Shown here: positions 27,552 through 37,563 of the stretch, piece after piece
How positions within the stretch are numbered: the stretch's first letter is position 1
How the letters are laid out: each line of letters opens with the position of its first letter
From: an uncultured delta proteobacterium
GTDB taxonomy: Bacteria > Myxococcota_A > Polyangia > Haliangiales > Haliangiaceae
Assembly (NCBI GenBank): GCA_963848295.1
Contig: CAWKDB010000010.1
Span: forward strand, 1,984,001 to 2,048,000
Direction of reading: 5' to 3'
DNA length: 64,000 nucleotides
Made by a program: the position numbers and the translations under genes
The notes under the pieces: generated by a model
Seen by the model: the letters and a program-made list of their open reading frames with translations, nothing else
The model's database searches: none
Told to the model about the DNA's origin: nothing

Positions 27552-28460
27552 TTGCAACCAACGGTGATCTCCGGACTCGTGCTCGCGCTCGTGCTCAGCT
27601 CACGGGCGGCGAGCGGCGATCCGCTCAGCGTGCGGAGCACCGGCACGTTGCCGTTCAGCGATGCCGAGCTCGAGTCCGCGCTCGCCGTACGCGCCGCGCT
27701 GGCGCCGGCCGGATCGCCATCGCGCTTGATCGCGGAGGTCAGCGGCGACGCGGCGGCGGCGAAGGTGAACGTCCTCGGCCGCGAGCGGATCGTCGCGCTC
27801 GATGGGCAGCGCGGCGGCGATGCCGCGCGGTTGGTCGCGTTTGCGATCCTCGAGCTCGCCGGCGATCAGCTCGATCCACCCGCCGGGACGACCGGTGCAG
27901 CGCTGGCTCCGCTCGCCCCGGCGATCGTCGACGTCACCGCGCCGATCGCGAACGCGCGGCCGCGGGTCGGCGCACCGCGCTGGACCGTGGGTGTGTGGGC
28001 GTCGGCGGGAGCGCGCGATGACGTGGCGGTCGAGGTCGGCGTGCCGATCGCCGGCGCGTTCCGGGCGCTGATCTCGATCGGGCTCGATCGCACGGCGACG
28101 GCGACGGCGATGGCCGACACGGTCGAGCTGCGCGATGTGCCGGCGCGCGTCGGCGTGGCGTATCGCCCGATCGTGACGCGGTTCGGAGCGCTCGAGTTCC
28201 GAGCGACCGCGCTCGCGGTGATCGAATCGGCGTCGGCGGCGCGCAGCCAGTCCGAAGTCTTGTGGGGCGGCGGCGGTGCCGTCGTGTGGGCGGTGCCGGT
28301 GATCGCGCACGGCGATGTCGGCGTGACCGCGCAGCTCGGGCTCGGCGTCGACGGGTTCGCGTCGTCGATCGACTATCAGGTCGGGGGCCATTCGATCGTG
28401 ACGACCGATCGGGTCGCATGGTGGGGCGGCGTCGGCGTCGCGGCGGAGCTGTGGCGATGA
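27552..28460 (+). CDS. Secreted hypothetical protein with a beta-barrel-like C-terminus, first gene of the ECF operon
   Basis: Signal-like N-terminus; amphipathic strands ending in W; stop overlaps the sigma factor start. Start uncertain. Confidence 0.62.
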   Translation: MQPTVISGLVLALVLSSRAASGDPLSVRSTGTLPFSDAELESALAVRAALAPAGSPSRLIAEVSGDAAAAKVNVLGRERIVALDGQRGGDAARLVAFAILELAGDQLDPPAGTTGAALAPLAPAIVDVTAPIANARPRVGAPRWTVGVWASAGARDDVAVEVGVPIAGAFRALISIGLDRTATATAMADTVELRDVPARVGVAYRPIVTRFGALEFRATALAVIESASAARSQSEVLWGGGGAVVWAVPVIAHGDVGVTAQLGLGVDGFASSIDYQVGGHSIVTTDRVAWWGGVGVAAELWR

Positions 28461-29077
28461 TCCTCGGCGCATTCTTCGGCGCGTTGTGGCGAGCTCCGGA
28501 TCCGGCCGCGCAGGCGGGCGACGCGAACGCCGAGCTCGTGCGACGGGCGATCGCCGGCGAGCGCCGCGCGTTCGACGAGCTGTATCATGCGCATGCCGCT
28601 GGCGTGTACCGACTGATCACGCGGCTCGTCGGTGCCGGCGCAGATCGCGACGATCTCGTCCAGCAGGCGTTCCTCGAGGCGTTTCGCTCGTTGCCGAAGT
28701 TCCGCGGCGACGCCGCGTTCGCGACGTGGCTGCATCGCATCGCGGTCAACGTCGCGTATCAACATCTGCGCCGCCGCAAGCTCGCGAGCTGGGAAGAGAT
28801 CTCGGATCAGCTGCCGGCGCCGCTCGCGAAGTCGCCCGAGCACGAAGCGCGACAGCAGCAAGATCTGACCCGCGCGCTGCGCTACCTGTCCGCGCTCAAG
28901 CCGCGCAAGCGCATCGCGTTCGTGTTGCGCGTCGTCGAGGGGATGTCGCTCGGCGAGATCGGCGAGCTGGTCGGCGCGAGCTCCGCGGCGGTCGGCCAAC
29001 GAGTCAAACACGCCCAACGCGAGCTGGTCGCGATGGCAGAGCGCGATCGCCTGCGAACCCCGGAGGAGGCCCGATGA
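28457..29077 (+). CDS. ECF RNA polymerase sigma factor
   Basis: DDLVQQAFLEAFRSLPKFRGDAAFATWLHRIAVN; region 4 RIAFVLRVVEGMSLGEI. Confidence 0.93.
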   Translation: MILGAFFGALWRAPDPAAQAGDANAELVRRAIAGERRAFDELYHAHAAGVYRLITRLVGAGADRDDLVQQAFLEAFRSLPKFRGDAAFATWLHRIAVNVAYQHLRRRKLASWEEISDQLPAPLAKSPEHEARQQQDLTRALRYLSALKPRKRIAFVLRVVEGMSLGEIGELVGASSAAVGQRVKHAQRELVAMAERDRLRTPEEAR

Positions 29078-30657
29078 GCGATGTTGATCGATCCGCACCG
29101 CCATCGGCCGTCGATCGGCTGGTCGTAGCGCTGCAACGCGACGAAGTCACTCTCGACGACGTCACGCGCGCGCGCTCGCTCGCTCAGATGGCGCCGGCGA
29201 TCGATGCGATCGCGGCTGACTACGCGTCGGCTCGTGCGCCACGCTCGCAACGAGGGCCCTGGCTGTGGCTCGGCGCCGCGGCCGCCGCGGCCGTGGTCGC
29301 GCTCGTCGGTTGGCGGATCACCGGCGATGGGACCAACCGCGAGCATCGCGCCACGACGTCGAGTCCGACCATCGCGCGCGCGCCGATCGAGCGCGATCGC
29401 CACGTGCTCGCCCCGTACGTCGTCAGCGGCGTCGCGCCGGATGTCGCCAAGACGCTGCTCGATGGCGCCTTCGCGTCGCTCGACGTCTCGACCGGGCTCG
29501 TCCGCGCGAACGTCGCGGGCGACCGGATCGGCATCGTCGGTCCGGCGCGAGTCGTCGTGGCCGCGGTGCACGATACCGACGTCGCGCTCGATCTCCAGTC
29601 GGGGACGCTGCTCGTCGCTGCGCCGGGCTCGACCGCGCTGCACATTCACGCCGGCGGCCACGACCTCGTCGCGCGCGTCGCCGATGTCGTCGTCAGAGTC
29701 GCAGGCTCGGCGCAGACCACGGTGGTGTTCGTCGATCGCGGTGAGGTCACGCTCGACGGGGCGCAGCTCGCCACCGGCCAGTGGTTCGGAGCGGTCGCCG
29801 ACCGATCGCCGGCGCTGGTCGCGATGATCCGCGATCACGGCCATGCGATCGCGCCTCCGATCGGCAGTGCCGGAATCGTGGCCGTCGACGGTGACGGCGA
29901 AGCCGTGGCGACCGAAGCCGGCGCCGTGATCGGCACCGCGCCGGTGTGGGCGCGCGTTTCCGCCGGTCCGCTTGCCCTGGTCGCCACGGGCGGCGCCGGC
30001 GAGCGCCGCGCCACCGTCGACATCCGCGAGGGCGTCACGGCGCACGTCGCTGCGGTCGCGCCTGCGGTCGAGCCGACGCCGACCGAGCCTGCGCGCGGTC
30101 CCGCGCCGATCGCCGCGGTCGCGCCGCCGCCGGCCGCGACGCCGACGCCGACCGAGACCGACGCCGCGGCGCCCGATTCCGCATCGGCCTTGTATGCGAC
30201 CGCGGAGCGCGACCTCGGGGCCGGCCAACGCGCGACGGCGGAGCAAACGCTGGTCGAGCTGCTCGACCGGTTCCCGGCGTCACCGCAAGCGGCCTCCGCT
30301 CTGTACGACCTCGCGGGCATCGCGCGCGCCCGCGGCGAGTACGCCAAGGCGGTCACGTGGCTCGATCGCCTGCTCGCCTCGGCGCCGCCGGCGGCGGTGC
30401 GCGAGCCTGCGGCCTATCTACGCTGCCGCATCCGCGTCGACGCCGGCGACGATGCCGCGCCGTGCTTCCGCGGGTTCCGGGTCAGCTTTCCCGACTCGCC
30501 GCACGATGCCGAGGTGCTCGCGTGGCTCGCCGGCGATGCCGGGCGCGGCGGGTGCGCGGGTGCGGCGACCCTCGCGGCCGAGTACGTCCGGCGCTATCCC
30601 GACGGCGCGTTTGCCCCGCGCGCGCGCACGCTCGCCGCTTGCGAGCCGAAGCGATGA
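29074..30657 (+). CDS. Probable anti-sigma factor (one TM, FecR-like region, C-terminal TPR)
   Basis: ATGA overlap; TM WLWLGAAAAAAVVALVGW; LQSG / VDRGEV; LDRFPASPQA and YVRRYPDG TPR motifs. Confidence 0.78.
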   Translation: MSDVDRSAPPSAVDRLVVALQRDEVTLDDVTRARSLAQMAPAIDAIAADYASARAPRSQRGPWLWLGAAAAAAVVALVGWRITGDGTNREHRATTSSPTIARAPIERDRHVLAPYVVSGVAPDVAKTLLDGAFASLDVSTGLVRANVAGDRIGIVGPARVVVAAVHDTDVALDLQSGTLLVAAPGSTALHIHAGGHDLVARVADVVVRVAGSAQTTVVFVDRGEVTLDGAQLATGQWFGAVADRSPALVAMIRDHGHAIAPPIGSAGIVAVDGDGEAVATEAGAVIGTAPVWARVSAGPLALVATGGAGERRATVDIREGVTAHVAAVAPAVEPTPTEPARGPAPIAAVAPPPAATPTPTETDAAAPDSASALYATAERDLGAGQRATAEQTLVELLDRFPASPQAASALYDLAGIARARGEYAKAVTWLDRLLASAPPAAVREPAAYLRCRIRVDAGDDAAPCFRGFRVSFPDSPHDAEVLAWLAGDAGRGGCAGAATLAAEYVRRYPDGAFAPRARTLAACEPKR

Positions 30658-30950
30658 TCCGGATCGCGCTCGCCACGCTGGTCGTGCTCGCCGCCTGCGC
30701 GACGAAGACCGTCGAGCTCGGCAACCCGATCGACGCCGCAATCGATGCACCGCTCGACGCTTCGCTCTGCCGGTGCCGGATCACACCGTGCCGCATCATG
30801 GCCGATTGCGCGGCGATCGGCGGCGCGTGCGGCGGGGATGGTTATTGCGTCGGAGACCTCGGCGTGTGCTCGACGATGGCGCAATGCACCGCGCTCGACC
30901 CGGGCTCGGTGTGCACCGCGAGCTCGACATCGACGCTCGCCTGCCCGTGA
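30654..30950 (+). CDS. Small Cys-rich lipoprotein
   Basis: MIRIALATLVVLAAC; ATGA overlap. Confidence 0.72.
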   Translation: MIRIALATLVVLAACATKTVELGNPIDAAIDAPLDASLCRCRITPCRIMADCAAIGGACGGDGYCVGDLGVCSTMAQCTALDPGSVCTASSTSTLACP

Positions 30951-33062
30951 TCACACCGCGGTGACGTCGACCGGCTGGCCGCTCAGCGCGCTCGTCCCGG
31001 ACAGCGCGTCGACCCGCGCGGGATCGATGATGTCGTTGATGCTCGCGCCCGGTGCTCTCGCCGCGACACGCAGCTTGACGCCGCGCCGTCCGTGGCCCCA
31101 GCCGTGCGGCACGCTGACCACGCCCGGCATCATCGCGTCGGAGATCTCGATCGGGAGCTCGATCGATCCGCGCGCGGTCGCGACGCGAGCGAGGCCGCCG
31201 TCCTCGAGGCCGCGCACGAACGCGTCGTCGGGATGGATCAACAACGTGCAGCGCGGCGGACCTTTGACGAGCCGCGCGCTGTTGTGCATCCAAGAATTAT
31301 TCGACCGCAGCTGGCGGCGACCGATCATCACGAGCCCGCTCGGCGACGAGGCCCAGGCCGTGTCGAGCCGCGCGAGATCGTCGAGATACGGCTTCGGCGC
31401 GAGCGCGACCCGGTGGTCGCGAGTGCCGAGCCGCCCGGGCAATCGCGGCTGTAGCGCGCCGAGATCGATGCCGTGCGGCGACGCGCGTAGCTTCGCGAGC
31501 GACAGGCCACCGCGGCCGAAGCCGTACGGACCGGCGCGCAACGCGACGTCGATGATCGCCTCGGGTCCGAGCCGGCCCAGCAAGCGCTGCGCGAGCCCGC
31601 GCGCGATCGACGGCAGCTTCATCCGCGCGAACAAGCCGGCGTAGATCTCCCAGTCGTGGCGCGCATCGGCGGCGCGCTCGAACAGCGGTGGCGAGTACTT
31701 CGCGACGTTGCGCACCGCAAACGCGTTGAGCGCGGCGTCGTAGTGCGAGCGCTCGAGCGCGGACGTCGGCGGCAGGATCACGTGCGCGAAGCGCGTCGTC
31801 TCGTTGATGTACGGATCGATCGACACCATGAAGTCGAGCTCGCCCAACGCTTGCTCGAGCTGCACGCCGCCCGGCGATGACAACACCGGATTGCCCGCAC
31901 TCGTCACGAGCGCGCGGATCTGACCGTCGCCCGGAGTCTGGATCTCCTCGGCGAGCACCGACATCGGCAGCTCGCCGCCGAACTCCGGCTTGCCCGACAC
32001 GCGGCTGCGCCAGCGTGCGAACCCGCCGTCGAACCCGAGCTGCGCCGCGAGCGGCAACGGATCGACCGCAGGCGTCGTGAACATCAACCCGCCGGGCACG
32101 TCGAGATGCCCGGTCAGCGCGTTGATCGCGTAACACAACCACGCCGCGAGCCCGCCGAACTCCTGCGTGCACACGCCGATCCGACCGTAGAGCACCGCGC
32201 GCGGGGTGGTCGCAAGCGCGTGCGCGAGCTCGCTCAGATCGCGAGCCGAGACCCCGGTGATCCGCGCCGCACGCTCGGGAGTCCAGGCCTGCGCGGCGGC
32301 GCGGAGCTCGGCCACGCCGTTCGCCGCGAGCGGACCGACCCGCACGAGGTCCGCCGCGAACAGCTCTTGGATCATCGCGAGTAGCAGCACCGCGTCGGTG
32401 CCTGGGCGCACGAACAAGTGGCGGTCCGCCCGCTCGGCGGTTTCGGTCCGCCGCGGATCGAGCACGATCACGCGGCCACCGCGCGCCTGGATGTCCTTGA
32501 GCCGGCCGCGCATGTCCGGCGCGGTCATCAGGCTGCCGTTCGACGCGAGCGGATTCGCTCCGAGGCACACGAACAGATCGGTGCGATCGACATCGGGCAC
32601 CGGCATCAGCAGCTGGTTGCCGAACATCAGCAGCGCCGCGAGCATGTGCGGCAGCTGATCGAGCGACGTCGCCGAGAACATGTTGCGCGTGCCGAGCGTG
32701 CGCAGCGCGAGCTGGCCATAGGTCAACAGGCCGAGGTTGTGCGCCGTCGGATTGCCTTGATAGACCGCGATCGCGTGCTTGCCATGGCGCGCGCTCACGG
32801 CGCGCAGCCGTGCCGCGACGTGATCGAGCGCGTCGTCCCACGTCATCTCGATCCAGCGATCGCCGTCGCGCCGCACCGGGTGACGCAGCCGATCCGGATC
32901 GTGATGCAGATCGGCGAGCGCGGCGCCCTTCGGGCAGATGTAGCCGCGGCTGAACGGATCGGCGCCATCACCGCGGATCGAGACCACCTGATCGCCGTCG
33001 ACCTCGACCGCGATGCCGCAGGTCGCTTCGCACAGCGGACACGTGCGGTAGTGCGTGGTCAC
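30951..33062 (-). CDS. Molybdopterin-dependent oxidoreductase
   Basis: CPLCEATCG...CPKG Fe-S motif; GANPLASNG; GRRQLRSNNSWMHN; PHGWGH. Confidence 0.93.
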   Translation of the reverse strand: MTTHYRTCPLCEATCGIAVEVDGDQVVSIRGDGADPFSRGYICPKGAALADLHHDPDRLRHPVRRDGDRWIEMTWDDALDHVAARLRAVSARHGKHAIAVYQGNPTAHNLGLLTYGQLALRTLGTRNMFSATSLDQLPHMLAALLMFGNQLLMPVPDVDRTDLFVCLGANPLASNGSLMTAPDMRGRLKDIQARGGRVIVLDPRRTETAERADRHLFVRPGTDAVLLLAMIQELFAADLVRVGPLAANGVAELRAAAQAWTPERAARITGVSARDLSELAHALATTPRAVLYGRIGVCTQEFGGLAAWLCYAINALTGHLDVPGGLMFTTPAVDPLPLAAQLGFDGGFARWRSRVSGKPEFGGELPMSVLAEEIQTPGDGQIRALVTSAGNPVLSSPGGVQLEQALGELDFMVSIDPYINETTRFAHVILPPTSALERSHYDAALNAFAVRNVAKYSPPLFERAADARHDWEIYAGLFARMKLPSIARGLAQRLLGRLGPEAIIDVALRAGPYGFGRGGLSLAKLRASPHGIDLGALQPRLPGRLGTRDHRVALAPKPYLDDLARLDTAWASSPSGLVMIGRRQLRSNNSWMHNSARLVKGPPRCTLLIHPDDAFVRGLEDGGLARVATARGSIELPIEISDAMMPGVVSVPHGWGHGRRGVKLRVAARAPGASINDIIDPARVDALSGTSALSGQPVDVTAV

Positions 33063-33107
33063 GGCGCGACTTTAGTACGGTACGGTGACCCGGAGTAAGC
33101 TGAGATC

Positions 33108-33475
33108 GTGCGGCTCGCTCTCGTGGTGGTTGCGATCGTCTGCGGCTGCAACCCGCCGCCCGCCGACGCGAGCCCCGGCCGCGACGCGCCTGCACTCGAC
33201 GCGTATCTCGGCTACTGCTCGGGCTGGGGGCCGTTCGCGCTGTGCTTGTAGACGTTACCGACCGAGCCGCTCACGCTCGCGACCGGCTCGCTCGACACCG
33301 ATACGTCACCGCTGTGCGCGCCAGATCCGATCGCGAGCTGGACCGCGCACGGGCAACCGGACGCGTGCATCTTGATCCGTACGTCGGTCACCGGAGGCCG
33401 TCGCGAGCGCGGTTCGCATCACCGCAACGATGCTACCGGATCGCCGTCCAGGTTACCGTGGCTACTTGGACGACC
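33108..33475 (+). pseudogene. Lipoprotein pseudogene (in-frame TAG, truncated)
   Basis: GTG with TAAGCT 6 nt upstream; RLALVVVAIVCGC lipobox; TAG at 33249, then the frame continues TLPTEPLTLATGSLDTDTSPLC..GQPDAC. Confidence 0.6.
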
Positions 33476-33644
33476 CACCGCTGTGCGCGCCAGATCCGAT
33501 CGCGAGCTGGACCGCGCACGGGCAACCGGACGCGTGCATCTTGATCCGTACGTCGGTCACCGGAGGCCGTCGCGAGCGCGGTTCGCATCACCGCAACGAT
33601 GCTACCGGATCGCCGTCCAGGTTACCGTGGCTACTTGGACGACC
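33307..33644. repeat. 169-bp perfect tandem duplication
   Basis: 33307..33475 = 33476..33644; ATGCTACCGGATCG occurs at 33430 and 33599. Confidence 0.96.
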
Positions 33645-34378
33645 CCGACGAGACCGTCGATGGCCTGACCAGCGCTTGGAAGATCATCCAGCGGCGGCGC
33701 GGTCATCGCCATTCGACCGACGATCTGCTCACCGGCTGGTACGCGGCAGAGCAAGTCCCGGCGCCGGGCCGCGTGCTCGATCTCGGCAGCGGCATCGGCA
33801 CGGTCGGCATGCTCGTGTTGTGGCGAGCTCCGGCTGCGACGCTCGTGGCGATCGAGGCCCAGGACATCAGCTTTGCGCTGCTCGAGCGCAACCTCGCGCT
33901 CAACCGGCTCGAGGCGCGGGTCCGCGCGATCCACGGCGACTTGCGCGTGGTCGACCTCGGTGGCGAGCGCTTCGATCTCGTCAGCGGCAGTCCGCCCTAC
34001 TTCGACGTGGCAGCCGGCATCGTCCCGGCGGATTCCCAGAAGGCGCATGCGCGATTCGAGCTGCGCGGCGACATTCGCGACTACGCGGCGGCGGCTCGGA
34101 GCGCGCTCGCCGACGGCGGTCGCTTCGTGTTTTGTTTCCCGAGCGTGCAGCACGAGCGCGCGATCGCCGCCTGTCGCGAAGCGCAGCTCGCGGTCGTGCG
34201 CTGGCGCGAGGTCGTGCCACGCGTCGGGCTCGCCCCGCTGTTCTCGCTCTACTGCTGCGCGCGCGCCGAGAGCTGGTCGACGCCGCCGGACCACGAGCCG
34301 CCGCACATCGTGCGCGATGCCGGTGGCACGCCGACCGCCGCACACGCCGCGGTCCGCGCGACGTTCGGCCTGGTGTGA
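33599..34378 (+). CDS. tRNA1(Val) A37 N6-methyltransferase-like (TrmN6/YfiC family)
   Basis: IQRRRGHRHSTDDLL, VLDLGSGIG, FDLVSGSPPY, ARFE. Confidence 0.85.
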   Translation: MLPDRRPGYRGYLDDPDETVDGLTSAWKIIQRRRGHRHSTDDLLTGWYAAEQVPAPGRVLDLGSGIGTVGMLVLWRAPAATLVAIEAQDISFALLERNLALNRLEARVRAIHGDLRVVDLGGERFDLVSGSPPYFDVAAGIVPADSQKAHARFELRGDIRDYAAAARSALADGGRFVFCFPSVQHERAIAACREAQLAVVRWREVVPRVGLAPLFSLYCCARAESWSTPPDHEPPHIVRDAGGTPTAAHAAVRATFGLV

Positions 34379-34382
34379 ACGC

Positions 34383-35195
34383 CTAACGCCGCGCGCGTCT
34401 CCACACGCGGCCGGCGAGCTCGGCGGCGTCGTACCAGCCTGCCCTCGCAACTTCGAACGATCGCCGCGCGAGCGTCGGCGGATCGAGCAGGCCCGCGGCG
34501 GCGGCTTTCGCACGGCAGGCCGAGACGTCGTAGCCGACGCGCATGAAGTCGACCCGACGGTGCTCGCTGTCGTAGATCGCACACGCGGCGCGCCAGTCAC
34601 CGTCGCGCGGTTGGCCGACGCTGCCCGGATTGATCAGGTACACGACGCCGGGCTCGAGCTCGACGCTCGCCGGGTTGCGCAGCGTCTCGACGCCCGAGTC
34701 GCGCAGCGCGTGCGCGACGCCGCGGTGGGTGTGGCCGAAGAAGCAGACCCGTGGGCCGCCCGCGGCGGCGAGGCTCTCGAGGTTTGCGGCGATCCGCTCT
34801 GGCGTCGTGATGTGAAAGCGGTCGTTCGGCTCCGGCACGAGCGCGCCGTGCACCATCATCGCGGTCGAGTCGATCGGCCCGGTGATGTCGAGCCCGCGCA
34901 GATACGCCGCGTGCTCGGCCGCGAGGTGCTCGGCGGTCCACTGGACAGCGCGGCGTGCCACGAAGCCAAACTCGGACATCCCGATCGTGCCTAGCGTCGC
35001 GCGATCGTGGTTGCCGGCGATGACGTGCGTGCAGCGATCGCGGACGAGCTGGACGCATTCGTTCGGATTGGCGTGATAGCCGACGACGTCGCCGAGACAC
35101 GCGATCCGATCGACGCCAGCATCCGCCAGGTGCGCGAGCACCGCCACGACCGCCTCGACGTTCGCGTGCAGATCCGAGATCAGCCCGTACTTCAC
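34383..35195 (-). CDS. Metallophosphoesterase family protein
   Basis: ISDLHAN, GDVVGY, GNHD, VHG, GHTH, INPGSVGQPRDG. Confidence 0.93.
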   Translation of the reverse strand: MKYGLISDLHANVEAVVAVLAHLADAGVDRIACLGDVVGYHANPNECVQLVRDRCTHVIAGNHDRATLGTIGMSEFGFVARRAVQWTAEHLAAEHAAYLRGLDITGPIDSTAMMVHGALVPEPNDRFHITTPERIAANLESLAAAGGPRVCFFGHTHRGVAHALRDSGVETLRNPASVELEPGVVYLINPGSVGQPRDGDWRAACAIYDSEHRRVDFMRVGYDVSACRAKAAAAGLLDPPTLARRSFEVARAGWYDAAELAGRVWRRARR

Positions 35196-36379
35196 GGCCG
35201 CGGGCCCGCCAGTCGCTTGCGCAGCGCTCGTCCGTAGTCGAGCAGCGACGTCGCCCACGGCATCGGATCACGCCACGAGAACACGTCGTAGACCTTTCGC
35301 CCTCTCAACGAAGCGAGCCACGACAGCCAGCTCAGCTCGCCGCTCGGCCGATAGCTGCGCAGAAACGAGCGCAGGTCGTCGGCGAACGACAGCCAGCGAA
35401 TATCGGTCGCGTAGTCGGTCGCCGCGGCGATCGGCGCGCCGGTGAGCTCGGCGTACGCGAGCTGCGGCAGGTTGATCCCCGCGGCGGCGCCGAGGTAGTG
35501 CCACAGGTTGAAGCGCGCGTTGACCTCGAGCACGTAGAGCTCGCGAGTGTCAGCGTGCATCTTCATGTCGATCTTGAGCGGCCCGCTGAGCCCTAGCTTC
35601 GCGACCACGGCGTTGCCGATCGCGACGACCCGCGGCTCCTTGACGAGCTCGAGGTACGTGCTGATGCCGGCTTCGCGCGGGAATGTACGGATCTTCTTGC
35701 CGACGAAGTGCGCGAGCGCTCTGCCGCTGGCGTCGACGTACGCGTGAAAGCTGTAGATCAGGTCCTCTCCGCCGGGGATGTACTGCTGGATCACGAAGTC
35801 TTCGGTGTGCCGCGAGACCTCGGCGTAGAGCGCGCGCAGCTCGGCGGCGGAGGTCGCGATCAACGCTTTGCGCGGCCCGGTCGCATGCAGCGCGACATGC
35901 TCGAACCAGCCGATGTGAACGTTGGGCTTGATCACGCACGGCACCGGCACGCGCTCGAGGACCTCGTCGACGCCGGCGACATCGCGCGAGCATGCGGTCG
36001 CGGGCACCGGCAAGCCCGCCGCGCTCGCCCGCGCCGCGAACCCGCGCTTGTCGACCATCGCTTCGATGACGTCGGCCGGCGGCATGCGGAAGCGAAACGA
36101 GTCGGTCAGCCGCTCCCGATGACGCGACACGAACAGCAGTTGCTCGTCGCTGCCATAGAACAGCACCGGCTTGTCGCTTCGATCGTGCGCGATCCGCTCG
36201 AGATCGGCGAGGGCGCTCTCGGTCTCGGCGTATGGCGCGATCAGGTGACGGTGGCCTGCGAAGCGCGATGCGAGGGTCACGTCGTTCGGGTCGGTCGCGG
36301 CCAGGACGACCGGAATGTCCGACCCGACGAAGCACCGCAGCATGTTCAGGTCGCCGAGCAAGACCGCGGTCGGCTTCAT
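35192..36379 (-). CDS. ATP-grasp carboxylate-amine ligase (D-aspartate ligase-like)
   Basis: VPCVIKP, IQQYIPGG, KKIRTFP, YVLEVNARFNLW. Confidence 0.85.
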   Translation of the reverse strand: MKPTAVLLGDLNMLRCFVGSDIPVVLAATDPNDVTLASRFAGHRHLIAPYAETESALADLERIAHDRSDKPVLFYGSDEQLLFVSRHRERLTDSFRFRMPPADVIEAMVDKRGFAARASAAGLPVPATACSRDVAGVDEVLERVPVPCVIKPNVHIGWFEHVALHATGPRKALIATSAAELRALYAEVSRHTEDFVIQQYIPGGEDLIYSFHAYVDASGRALAHFVGKKIRTFPREAGISTYLELVKEPRVVAIGNAVVAKLGLSGPLKIDMKMHADTRELYVLEVNARFNLWHYLGAAAGINLPQLAYAELTGAPIAAATDYATDIRWLSFADDLRSFLRSYRPSGELSWLSWLASLRGRKVYDVFSWRDPMPWATSLLDYGRALRKRLAGPRP

Positions 36380-36459
36380 CGGTTATCTCAGTTTGCCATC
36401 TCGGCTCACCGGACGCCTTGCAATGGGCGAGAACCTGCGCGGACAATCAACCTCACAGT

Positions 36460-37563
36460 ATGGAAGAGGCGGCGGTGCGCTGGCTGGATCCGTGGCGTGA
36501 ACAGCGCGACGTCGAGGCGATCTGGACCTCGCTCGCCGAAACGTGCCGGCCGACCTACTTCCTGACGTGGGCGTGGGTCGAGAACTGGCTCGCGACGCTG
36601 CCGCGCAGCGTATCGCTCCAGCTCGCGGCCATCGTCGACGATCTCGGCCCGGCAGCCGCTTGGTTCATCGGCGAACGCGTGATCTTCCACGGCGGGATCG
36701 TGCCGAGCCGCGCGGGCTTCCTCAACGCGACCGGCTGCGACGAATTCGACGAGCTGACGATCGAGCACAACGGTTGGCTCGTCCGGTCGCCGGACAGCTG
36801 CTCGATCGATCGCGTCGTCGAGGCCCTCCCGCCGACGTGCGACGAGCTCGTGCTCGAGGCGATGGACGCGACCGATGCCGCGTTGACTCCGCGACGGCCG
36901 GCGCGCCTGGTGACGCGCAAAGCGGTCGCGTGTCATGCGGTCGAGCTCGAAAAGGTGCGCGCCGTGGCCGATTACCTCGCGCTGGTCAGCGGCGAGACCC
37001 GCTCGCAGATCAAGCGCGCGTTCAAGCTCTATGCGGCGCGCGGGCCGATCGATGTCGAGCTCGCGACCGACTTGGCGCAGGCGCGCGCGATCTTCGCCGA
37101 GCTCGTCGCACTGCACACCGCGGCGTGGCGCGACCGCGGCAAGCCCGGGGCGTTCACGCCATACATGCGGCGATTTCACGAGCGGTTGATCGATCAGCGC
37201 TTCGGCCATGGCGAGATCCAACTGCTACGCGTGCGCTCCGGCGCCACCACGATCGGCTGCCTCTATAACTTCGTCCACGACGGGATCGTGTCGTTTTATC
37301 AGAGCGGCGTGGCGTACGAAGTGGACAACAAGCTCAAGCCCGGGCTCGTGTGCCACGTCGAGGCGATCCGGCACAACGCACGCGCAGGCCATCGCATCTA
37401 CGATTTCTTGGGCGGCGACGCGCGTTACAAGAGCTCGCTCGCCACTCGTTCGACCGAGCTGCGCTGGTGTGCGGTCCGTCGCCCGCGCATCCGGTTTGCG
37501 CTCGAGGATCGCGCGCGCGATCTACGAGCGTGGTGGCGACGACGGAGCGCGAGGGCGTCATGA
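36460..37563 (+). CDS. GNAT acetyltransferase, CelD/BcsL family
   Basis: FLTWAWVENW, LHTAAW, FYQSG, KLKPGLVCH, YDFLGGDARYK. Confidence 0.88.
   Translation: MEEAAVRWLDPWREQRDVEAIWTSLAETCRPTYFLTWAWVENWLATLPRSVSLQLAAIVDDLGPAAAWFIGERVIFHGGIVPSRAGFLNATGCDEFDELTIEHNGWLVRSPDSCSIDRVVEALPPTCDELVLEAMDATDAALTPRRPARLVTRKAVACHAVELEKVRAVADYLALVSGETRSQIKRAFKLYAARGPIDVELATDLAQARAIFAELVALHTAAWRDRGKPGAFTPYMRRFHERLIDQRFGHGEIQLLRVRSGATTIGCLYNFVHDGIVSFYQSGVAYEVDNKLKPGLVCHVEAIRHNARAGHRIYDFLGGDARYKSSLATRSTELRWCAVRRPRIRFALEDRARDLRAWWRRRSARAS

Noticed and set aside
33430..34386. 318-aa ORF starting like the methyltransferase
   Set aside because: A by-product of the 169-bp duplication; it leaves the enzyme's frame after 15 codons.
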